A stretch of DNA of 64,000 nucleotides from Candidatus Latescibacterota bacterium. Its GTDB lineage: Bacteria > Latescibacterota > UBA2968 > UBA8231. Where the stretch lies: positions 1,216,001-1,280,000 of the forward strand of contig OZ242318.1 in the NCBI GenBank assembly GCA_965208105.1. The letters run 5' to 3'. Positions within the stretch are counted from its first letter, which is position 1. Every line of letters starts with the position of its first letter. The notes beneath the pieces were generated by a model. The model saw nothing but the letters and a program-made list of their open reading frames with translations. It searched no databases and was not told the origin of the DNA. Positions 16,965 to 24,734 of this stretch are shown here, in pieces. The position numbers and the translations under genes are program-made.

Positions 16965-18983
16965 CTACCACCCGTGCATGCGGTGTCCGCCGGCGGGGAA
17001 GAAGGCCAGGTCCACCAGTCCCGAGAGGGCCACCCCCAGGGCGTAGCCCACCGCCATGCCGTAGAAGAAGGGCTTGCCGCCCAGGTAGGCGCGCACCCCG
17101 CCGTAGCGCAGCAGCACCAGCTTGACCACCCACACCAGGAAGAGGCTGAACCAGTAGACCCACACCCCAATGGTGGCCTGGAAGGCCACCCCGACGGGAT
17201 GCAAGGGGAACCAGTGGAAGCGGGTGCGCAGAACGGCGATGATTGCCGCCTCCGACCACCCCGCCAGCCAGACGCACCACTTGCCCAGGGTCGGAGCGGC
17301 GGGATTGTTCATCAGACTGGCCATGTCGGTGAACAGGAAGCCGCCCAGGCCAGCCGAACTGCCCTGTTCGTAGGCAAGTCCTATGGTCGACCCCGCCGCC
17401 ACCACGAAACCCACCGGAAACACGATGAAGACCGCTGCCGCCATCCACCACGGCTGGCGCTGCAGCGAAAAGATGCGCAGGTGGTGGGCGATGGCCGGCC
17501 ACGCCGGAATGCGCGTGTCCCCGAAGAAGGCGCGGCTGGAAAACACCTTGAACCCCACCACCTGGCGCGGCTCCAGGCGCAGGGTGCCCACCAGCTCGAC
17601 GACGAAGGACTGGCCCTTGGCGTGGATCTCGTTGGGGAAGAGGTAGGGGAATCCGGTGGCGGCGATGAGCTTGACGATGACGAAATAGGTCAGGGCCATG
17701 GCCGCGAACGCCACCAGGGCGAGTGGCAGGCTCATTCCCAGGCCGACGCCCCAGGCGATGACGCAGGCCGCCGACAGCGCCAGGCCCAGCAAGGCCAGGC
17801 GGTAGCGACCCACCTCGCGGCGGTCCCCCTCGCCGCTGCGCGCCATTGCCCACACGCGGCACAGATGGCGACGCGCCAGCCATATGGACCACAGGGCCAC
17901 GAACATCAGGGCCCCGTAGCTCTCCATGAAGACGATCTGCAGGAACTCGGGAACGCTTCCGGTGGCCCCTACCCCGGAGAAGCCTTCCACCGAGAACCCG
18001 AAGCGGCGGATGAGCCCGACCTTGAGGACGTAGATCAGGTGAAAGACCACCAGGCTGCCGAGAATGTCCACGGGGCACAGATAGGTGACCGCCAGGACGA
18101 TGGGCAGGATGCGGAAGGTCAGGCCCGGGAAGTGTTCTCCGAAGTGGAAGGCGAAGCGCCTGGTCCAGATCTCAAGCGGCGGAAGCCCCGGCGCGAAGTA
18201 GGTGGCGATGTTGTAGGTCAGCACCGGAAAGACCGCGAGAAAGCCGGCCCAGAACAGCCGGGAGCGAAACAGCAGGGGCATGCGCCCGGGACCGTCGAAT
18301 CCCCTGGTCAGATCGAGCGGGAACTGGGCAAGGGGGAAGGTGAGCTTCTCCTCCTCCAGCCATTGCCTGTGAAAGAGAAGGAGGAGGCAATAGCCGAATG
18401 CCACCATGGCGCTGCACACCGCCAGCCATTGGACCAGCACCCCGATCCAGCCGTCCCAGGGCAGGGGCATGCCGGCGGGCAGGCCGAAGAGGAATGGATC
18501 CAGCACCCTCCCCGTGGCAGGAGCGAACACGTGCCAGGGCAGATAGTCGAAGAACAGCTCGGCCCACTGGTTCTCCGGACTTGCCAGCAGGGTGGGCGCC
18601 GCCATGATCGCGGTCCAGAAGCTGATCCAGCCGCGCTGAGGCATAACGCCCACCACCCAGGCCATGGTGAGGATGGTGAGCAGCTCCCCCCGGCTCAGGG
18701 CCCAGCGCGGCGACAGCCGCTTCAATCCGACGTTGACCAGGAGCCAGAGCACGAAGGGCATGATCGCGGACATGGGGAACTGGGAGTTGACGTAGCGCCC
18801 GGCGCCGATTCCCTGTCCCACCACGATCACGTAGTAGAGCATGCCCGCCGCGGTCAGAAGGCCGAGTACGACCCCGCGCAGGGTGATGAGCGGGGCTGCT
18901 CCGGATTCGCGCAGCGGTTTGCCGGTCTCTGGGGACATGTCCATCCTCGCCTGCCCGGTGTTTCGAGCCGGGTATCTCTGCAA
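16965..18983 (-). CDS. DUF6785/DUF6784-like polytopic membrane protein (putative transporter)
   Basis: Same motifs as 9406-11379 (RQWLEEEKLTFP, YLCPVDILGS, HWFPLHPVG). The true start may be MDMSPET near 18944. Confidence 0.75.
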   Translation of the reverse strand: MQRYPARNTGQARMDMSPETGKPLRESGAAPLITLRGVVLGLLTAAGMLYYVIVVGQGIGAGRYVNSQFPMSAIMPFVLWLLVNVGLKRLSPRWALSRGELLTILTMAWVVGVMPQRGWISFWTAIMAAPTLLASPENQWAELFFDYLPWHVFAPATGRVLDPFLFGLPAGMPLPWDGWIGVLVQWLAVCSAMVAFGYCLLLLFHRQWLEEEKLTFPLAQFPLDLTRGFDGPGRMPLLFRSRLFWAGFLAVFPVLTYNIATYFAPGLPPLEIWTRRFAFHFGEHFPGLTFRILPIVLAVTYLCPVDILGSLVVFHLIYVLKVGLIRRFGFSVEGFSGVGATGSVPEFLQIVFMESYGALMFVALWSIWLARRHLCRVWAMARSGEGDRREVGRYRLALLGLALSAACVIAWGVGLGMSLPLALVAFAAMALTYFVIVKLIAATGFPYLFPNEIHAKGQSFVVELVGTLRLEPRQVVGFKVFSSRAFFGDTRIPAWPAIAHHLRIFSLQRQPWWMAAAVFIVFPVGFVVAAGSTIGLAYEQGSSAGLGGFLFTDMASLMNNPAAPTLGKWCVWLAGWSEAAIIAVLRTRFHWFPLHPVGVAFQATIGVWVYWFSLFLVWVVKLVLLRYGGVRAYLGGKPFFYGMAVGYALGVALSGLVDLAFFPAGGHRMHGW

Positions 18984-19003
18984 CTACATTCCGAACAGGC
19001 AAT

Positions 19004-19038
19004 AAAAAAGCAGGGGAGGAGCAAAGCTCCCCCCCTGC
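19004..19038 (-). terminator. Rho-independent terminator
   Basis: GCAGGGGGGGAGC-TTT-GCTCCTCCCCTGC stem followed by TTTTTT on the minus strand, just after the stop of 19062-20990. Confidence 0.8.
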
Positions 19039-19061
19039 AAGGAATAACCGCAGGCTCGCGC

Positions 19062-20990
19062 CTACTTGAGCAGAGTCATTGAATGCGTCGCGGCGAAATC
19101 GCCGGCCTGCATGCGATAGAAGTAGACTCCGCTGGACACCTGCTTGCCGCTGAGGTCCACGGCATCCCAGGTTGTGCGGTAGGAACCCGCGCTCAACTCC
19201 TCGTCCACCAGGCTCACGACCAACTGACCGGCGGTGTTGAAGACCTCGATTTTGACGAAGCCGTCGCTGGGCACGTTGAAATCGATGGTGGTCTCGGGGT
19301 TGAAGGGGTTGGGATAGGCCGCGCCCAGGGCGTAGCTGTCGGGCGTGCCGGCGCCGTCAACTGCCTCGACGACGGTCCCGACGCCCTCGCCCAGCTTGGC
19401 GCTGGCCACGGTGTACGGGGTGTGCAGCAGCATGCCGGGGCCGTACTTGGCCTCCGACGGATAGACGCCGCGGCCGCCTTCATGGTCGATCAGCCTCAGC
19501 CCGCAGGTGCTGTAGAGACCGTCGTAGGCGCCGCCGCCGGGGCCGTTGCCTTCGCCCTCGTAGGTGGCGTTGAACCTGGTGCCGCCGGGACGAAAACGCC
19601 CCCAGGACACCGGGAAGCTGATGGCGAGGATACCGGAGCCGTCGCGGCCGACCACGCCGAAGGTGGTGGGGCCATTGACTCCGACCATGTTGAAGAAGGA
19701 GATATTTCCCCCGGTGCCCGGATCGATGGACGAGCCGGTGATGTTGATCGGGGGACTGGGGACGCCGCCGATCGCGGCCGCGGCCTCGATGCTGAGGCGG
19801 TCTCCGTAGCCGTCGCCATTCTCGTTCACCCAGAGGACCTCGCCGCTGTTGCGGTCCATCCCGACGATGGCCTGATGCCCCCAGGCCGAGGTCAGGATCA
19901 AGTCTCCCTGCACGTCGATCTGGCGCGGACCTCCGGACCTGACGGTCTCGTTGCCGTCGTCGTCGGTGCCGTAGACGTGGTAGAAATCGCCCAGGTCGAA
20001 GGCCTGCATGGTCTCGCCATTGGCCTTGTCCCTGACCTCCACCGCGCTGAAGGGCACTTCCTGGACCCCGTGCAGGGTCTGGTAGAGGACGCCATCCTTG
20101 GGAACCATCTCGAGGATGCGGTCGCCGTTGGTGTTGTGCGAACGGCCGTTGTCAGCCCAATCGGTGACCAGATCCCAGGACTTGGAGGGGCGGTTGATCC
20201 TGAGCTTGTAGATTCCCTGGTCGGGGTCCTTGTACTCGTTGGACCAGAAGACCTCAAGGTCTACGTCGTCCTGCTTGAGGCCGCTGAGGGTTCGCGCCCC
20301 TTCCCAGGGCATGGCGGCGCTGTAGGACCAGCGCTCGAAGGCGGTGGGATTGGCCAGATAGTCCGTGCCTATGGTGGCGCGGATCATGTCGCCGATAGTG
20401 TGGTAATCGGTGGAGCGCTCGTATTCCTGCACGAAGATCTCTACCGGATCCTGGGTGAGGTCGATGTTGGGGCGGGTGAAGCCAGAAGGACCGGTCCCCG
20501 GACCGACCAGGGTCAGGGGATCGAGATTGTTGACCACCACCACGTCGAACTCGTAGGTACCGGCGCCGGCGGCATTGCCATCGAAATCGTTGCCGTCCCA
20601 GGTGATGCTGTTGTCGCCGGCCTCGATCGGCTGCCCGCTGGGGGGCACGGTGGCGACGTAGAGGTCCTGCGCGACATAGCGCTGCCAGGCACCGCCCGGA
20701 CCCCGGTTGCCCGTGGCCGAGTTGCCTGTCTCGTAGATGACTACCCACGCGGTGCCGCGGCTGCTGGAATTGAACGGAATGGTCACCGATCCGCTGCCGT
20801 CCCAGCCCACGTCCTGGGTCGAAGCGCGGATGGGAGTAGGATTACCCGACTTATCGGTGAGGGTGAAGATATTTCTATCCTCGCCGTGGCCGTAATCATA
20901 GCCGGGAACGTAGGTGTCCTCGGCGGTGGCTGCACCGGCAATCATGGCTGCCATGGCCCCGGCCAGGAACGTGAGTTTGAAACTCCTCAT
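19062..20990 (-). CDS. Secreted protein with N-terminal FlgD-Ig-like domain and C-terminal T9SS/FlgD-type sorting domain
   Basis: Signal peptide MRSFKLTFLAGAMAAMIAGAATA, ITWDGNDFDGNAAGAGTYEFDV, and C-terminus AYPNPFNPETTI..WDAVDLSGKQVSSGVYFYRMQAG..MTLLK. Confidence 0.88.
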   Translation of the reverse strand: MRSFKLTFLAGAMAAMIAGAATAEDTYVPGYDYGHGEDRNIFTLTDKSGNPTPIRASTQDVGWDGSGSVTIPFNSSSRGTAWVVIYETGNSATGNRGPGGAWQRYVAQDLYVATVPPSGQPIEAGDNSITWDGNDFDGNAAGAGTYEFDVVVVNNLDPLTLVGPGTGPSGFTRPNIDLTQDPVEIFVQEYERSTDYHTIGDMIRATIGTDYLANPTAFERWSYSAAMPWEGARTLSGLKQDDVDLEVFWSNEYKDPDQGIYKLRINRPSKSWDLVTDWADNGRSHNTNGDRILEMVPKDGVLYQTLHGVQEVPFSAVEVRDKANGETMQAFDLGDFYHVYGTDDDGNETVRSGGPRQIDVQGDLILTSAWGHQAIVGMDRNSGEVLWVNENGDGYGDRLSIEAAAAIGGVPSPPINITGSSIDPGTGGNISFFNMVGVNGPTTFGVVGRDGSGILAISFPVSWGRFRPGGTRFNATYEGEGNGPGGGAYDGLYSTCGLRLIDHEGGRGVYPSEAKYGPGMLLHTPYTVASAKLGEGVGTVVEAVDGAGTPDSYALGAAYPNPFNPETTIDFNVPSDGFVKIEVFNTAGQLVVSLVDEELSAGSYRTTWDAVDLSGKQVSSGVYFYRMQAGDFAATHSMTLLK

Positions 20991-21056
20991 TTTTCTCTCC
21001 TTGGAGTTAAGGTTGAATTGAAAATTGAGTTTGACTTGAAAATTTCATCAGCAAGA

Positions 21057-21098
21057 CAAAATCCCGCCCAGGACCACCTCCTTTCGTGCGGGGCTTTG
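21057..21098 (-). promoter_or_regulatory. Leader stem-loop with AAAGGAGGUG in a 20-nt loop (copy 2)
   Basis: Minus strand reads CAAAGCCCCGC-[ACGAAAGGAGGUGGUCCUGG]-GCGGGAUUUUG, about 85 nt upstream of ATG 20990. Confidence 0.55.
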
Positions 21099-21396
21099 AC
21101 TCAAGGATCGAACCAAGGCGGATTCCGAATTCCTTGAATCCTGTTTATAGCTCAAAATTCCAGACATCGAATGAGCCGATTGAAACTGGTGGAACCTATT
21201 CTAATAATATGAACGCACTGGAATGTCAAGTCTTTTCTCTCACCCCCATTCCCTTTCCCCTCCATTTCCGCACGGCAGCGAACCTTCCCACCAGCGGCCG
21301 CCGCCCTTGACGCGCTGGCGCAACCGCGCCTAGATTAGCCCCTTCCGGGCGGACCGAAGGCGGAGGCGGCCCCAGCTTCACCAGGGAAAAGGAAAA

Positions 21397-22728
21397 ATGG
21401 AAAAATACCTGCGCTCCATCGAGGTCCTCGAGCGCAACCGGCAGTACATCCCCGGCGGAGTGCTCTCGGGAGCGCGCAAGGTCGAGCCGGTCATCAGCTT
21501 CTGCCGCGCCCGCGGGGCCTACCTGTGGGACCTGGACGGCAACCGCTACATCGACTACCACGCCGCCTTCGCCCCCCACCTCCTCGGCCACAACGACCAC
21601 CACGTCAACCAGGCCGTGCGCGAGATCCTCGACGGCGAGGCCAGCCTCTTCGGCTCCGGCCCCACGGTCCTGGAGGGCCGCCTGGCCGAGCTCATCTGCA
21701 CCCACGCCCCCGCCGCGGAGAGGATCGAGTTCCTCAACACCGGGTCCGAAGCCATGCTCGCCGCGCTGCGCCTGGCGCGCGCGGCCACCGGCCGAGACCA
21801 CGTCATCGTCATGCAGGGCGGCTTCAACGGCTCCCACAACGAGCTCGCCTGCAACGTCCTCACCCCCCTGGAACGCCTCGGGCCGCGGGTCTCTCCCGGC
21901 GAGTACCCCTACGTGCGCCTGGGGCCGGGGCTGCCCGCGGCCCAGGAGCGGCTCGTCCACGTGGTCAACTTCAACGACCTGGACTCGGTGCGCCACGTCT
22001 GCGAGCGCCACCCCGTGGCCGCCCTCGTCACCGAACCCGTCCTCCAGAACGTGGGCGTCCTCAAACCGCGGCCCGGATACCTGCAGGGCCTGCGCCGGCT
22101 GGCCGACCACCATGGCTTCGTCCTCGTATTCGACGAGGTCAAGACCGGCTTCCGCCACGGCCTCGGCGGTTACAGCCGGATCAGCGGGGTAATGCCCGAT
22201 CTGGTGGTATTTGCCAAGGCCATTGCCAACGGCTTTCCGCTGGCTGTCCTGGGGGGCAAAACCGGGCTCATGGACTACTTCGCCCATCCCGACCCGGCCC
22301 GGCGCCCCACCATGGGCGGCACCTACAACGGCCACCCTCTTTCCCTGGCCGCGGCCATCGCCACCATCGAGCGCCTGCTGGCCTCGGACGGGGCCGTCTA
22401 CCGCCACCTGGAAGACCTGGGAAGCCAGGCACAGACCGGCATCGAGACGCTGCTCCGGGCTCGCGGCATAGACGGGGTGGTTTCGCGGCTGGGCTCGGCC
22501 TTTTCCATCTACTTCATGGACCACGAGCCCCGGGACTGGCACGACCTGGCCTCCCACCACGACTTCGACCGCGACCTGGCCATGCGACGCGCCATGATCG
22601 GCGCTGGGGTCTACTTCTTCCCGGTGTCCACCAAGCAGTGCTCCATCTCGGCGGCTCACAGCGCCGGGGACATATCCCTCACCCTTGAAGCCCTGGACGG
22701 GGCCCTGGGAGCTGCCTTCGCAGACTGA
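21397..22728 (+). CDS. Class III PLP aminotransferase (glutamate-1-semialdehyde aminomutase-like)
   Basis: GAYLWDLDGNRYIDY, NTGSEA, FDEVKTGFR, FAKAIANG and GGTYNGHP. Promoter-like TTGACG-N18-TAGATT at 21307-21336. Confidence 0.9.
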   Translation: MEKYLRSIEVLERNRQYIPGGVLSGARKVEPVISFCRARGAYLWDLDGNRYIDYHAAFAPHLLGHNDHHVNQAVREILDGEASLFGSGPTVLEGRLAELICTHAPAAERIEFLNTGSEAMLAALRLARAATGRDHVIVMQGGFNGSHNELACNVLTPLERLGPRVSPGEYPYVRLGPGLPAAQERLVHVVNFNDLDSVRHVCERHPVAALVTEPVLQNVGVLKPRPGYLQGLRRLADHHGFVLVFDEVKTGFRHGLGGYSRISGVMPDLVVFAKAIANGFPLAVLGGKTGLMDYFAHPDPARRPTMGGTYNGHPLSLAAAIATIERLLASDGAVYRHLEDLGSQAQTGIETLLRARGIDGVVSRLGSAFSIYFMDHEPRDWHDLASHHDFDRDLAMRRAMIGAGVYFFPVSTKQCSISAAHSAGDISLTLEALDGALGAAFAD

Positions 22729-22881
22729 GTCCGGGGATCGGGATCTATTCGGCTGGCTCAATAGTCCCCAGGTCAGGAGGCCACCTCGACGAGGAGCCGG
22801 GAGAACATGCGCGTCTCCTCCGCCCTCCCGGAGGCGGTCGAACCCGGCCCCGGCAATGGAGCTGACCGACGAAGGCAAATC

Positions 22882-23610
22882 ATGTGCGGAAGATTCGGAC
22901 TCTTCGAAGAGCTGGAAGCCCTTGCAAGGCACTTCCACATCGATCCGAGGGAACTGCTCGACATCTACCAGCTCCGTTGGAACATATCGCCGACGATGCC
23001 GGTGCTCACCATTGAAGGGAACGAGGACGCCTCCGCCAGCAACAGCGCCAGGCTCAGGCGATGGGGCTTGAGCGGGCACCACAGCCGCAGGAACAGGGGA
23101 GCCAACCGGCCCCTTATCAACGCCCGCGCGGAGACGGTCCACGAGCTGTGGTCCTTCAGGGAGGCATTCGAGTCCCGCCGCTGTCTCATACCCGCCAGCG
23201 GCTTCTACGAGTGGAGAAAGGAAGCCGCGGGAGGCAAAACGCCGATTTGGTTCCACCGAGAGGACCGCGGGCCTGTCGCCTTCGCCGGCATCTGGTCGAA
23301 GGAGGACAGTCCCCAAGGCCCGATCGAGGCCTGCGCGATCATCACCTGCGCCCCCAATACCATGGCCGCCCAGGTCCACCATCGAATGCCGGTCATCCTG
23401 CCGCCCGGCAGCTACTCGAGCTGGCTCAGCCCGGATTCGGATACCGATGCCCTTCAGGCCCTGCTGCAGCCGGTAGAATGGCCCGGCATGGGGTGGCACC
23501 CGGTAGCCCGAGAGGTCAACCGCGCTTCGAACGACCATCCCTCGCTGGTCGAGCGGGTGGAAGCCACATCGAAGGAGGATGGTGACAACCTCCTCCTGGA
23601 CTTCCCCTGA
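22882..23610 (+). CDS. SOS response-associated peptidase (SRAP; YedK/HMCES family) abasic-site protecting protein
   Basis: Starts MCGRF (catalytic Cys2), with INARAETV, RRCLIPASGFYEW and HHRMPVIL. Confidence 0.93.
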   Translation: MCGRFGLFEELEALARHFHIDPRELLDIYQLRWNISPTMPVLTIEGNEDASASNSARLRRWGLSGHHSRRNRGANRPLINARAETVHELWSFREAFESRRCLIPASGFYEWRKEAAGGKTPIWFHREDRGPVAFAGIWSKEDSPQGPIEACAIITCAPNTMAAQVHHRMPVILPPGSYSSWLSPDSDTDALQALLQPVEWPGMGWHPVAREVNRASNDHPSLVERVEATSKEDGDNLLLDFP

Positions 23611-23668
23611 TAGGGAGCAGGGTTAAGGGCGGAATCACCCCTCTTTCCCCAAAATTCCCGAGAAAGAA

Positions 23669-24718
23669 TCAACCCCTCAAGGCCTTTCCGTCGTACCGCA
23701 GTATGTGGTGCTGTGGGGGATGGTAGAAGCGGCTCACCTCCCTGACGATCTCGCGCCGGCGCCTCCCGCGTTCCCCTGCCGGCAGGGCCAGGACGATGTC
23801 CTCCACGTCGTGGGGGCCGATGCGCCAGTGGCCGCAGACTGCTCCGCGCAGCTCTCCGTCGATGAGCAGGCAGGCAATCACCTCCAGGCCTTCGAAGCGC
23901 GTCTTCAGCTCGGCCAGGTGGGGAACGACGAGGGGGTCTCCCAGGTGGAGCATGAACACCCCCGAGGGTCTCGGCGCCGGAGCCAGGCCGCGGTCTTCGA
24001 CGCAAGTCCATCCTTCTCCCATGTCCTTCACCTGCTCCAGGGCGAGTTCTTCCTTTTCCAGCAGGGCCAGTGCGGACTGCAGCCGGCGCGAGGTGAACCC
24101 CGACCAGCTCTTGAGCTCCTGAAATGTGGCGAACACGTGGCTCTGAAGAAAGCGTTTAATCACCGCCGCGGCCGCATCTTCCCGCGACAGCCGATCCGGG
24201 TCCACCTGCGGCAGGGCCGCATCCAGGGGGGACCAGAGGCGGTCCCAGCTAGCGTCGCTCTGGTCTTCGAAGACCAGGAAAGCTTCCTGCAGGCGGTGCA
24301 GCACCGGCATCAGCTTCTTGCTCCGGATGCCCAGCTCCAGGCGCAGCTGCCGCGGGGACAATCCGTCGTGATACCGCAAGGTCCGCAGGACTCCCTCCTG
24401 CAGGCTGTCGAGGCGCTCCAGGGGGCGGCGGAAGGCCGCGGCGTAGAGCTCAAAGTCGGCGGCCAGCACGTAGCCTATCCTGCCTTTCGAGAACCGGCCT
24501 TTGAGCAGCTCGCGGCGGCCGCGCAGGGTGTCGGCCAGGGCTTCGTCGTCCCCGGCGCAGCGGTGCATGAGCCGGGGAGGCGAGCCGGGCATGGCGCGGG
24601 CAACGGGAGCGACGGGCTGCAGTCTGCTGACGAGCTCGATGAACTCCCCCTCGTCGCGGTCGGGCGATTGCAGTCCGTGGCGCTTCAGGCGGTGGGCGAG
24701 GATGGTTTCCTTTTTCAT
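23669..24718 (-). CDS. Winged-helix AlkZ/YcaQ-like (HTH_42) DNA glycosylase homologue
   Basis: N-terminal ILAHRLKRHGL, LLKGRF..GYV, winged-helix segments, FATFQELKSWSG, LHLGDPL and LLIDGE..G..W. The canonical QxQ/QxD motif is not evident. Confidence 0.6.
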   Translation of the reverse strand: MKKETILAHRLKRHGLQSPDRDEGEFIELVSRLQPVAPVARAMPGSPPRLMHRCAGDDEALADTLRGRRELLKGRFSKGRIGYVLAADFELYAAAFRRPLERLDSLQEGVLRTLRYHDGLSPRQLRLELGIRSKKLMPVLHRLQEAFLVFEDQSDASWDRLWSPLDAALPQVDPDRLSREDAAAAVIKRFLQSHVFATFQELKSWSGFTSRRLQSALALLEKEELALEQVKDMGEGWTCVEDRGLAPAPRPSGVFMLHLGDPLVVPHLAELKTRFEGLEVIACLLIDGELRGAVCGHWRIGPHDVEDIVLALPAGERGRRRREIVREVSRFYHPPQHHILRYDGKALRG

Positions 24719-24734
24719 GGCCGGGCACCCCTGC

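Noticed and set aside
21000-21240. Known riboswitch or tRNA in the long AT-rich leader
   Set aside because: I recognised no consensus for the common riboswitch classes and no tRNA cloverleaf by eye. An Infernal/Rfam scan would be needed to exclude them firmly.
21397-22728. Calling this gene hemL
   Set aside because: The substrate loop deviates and no tetrapyrrole genes are nearby.
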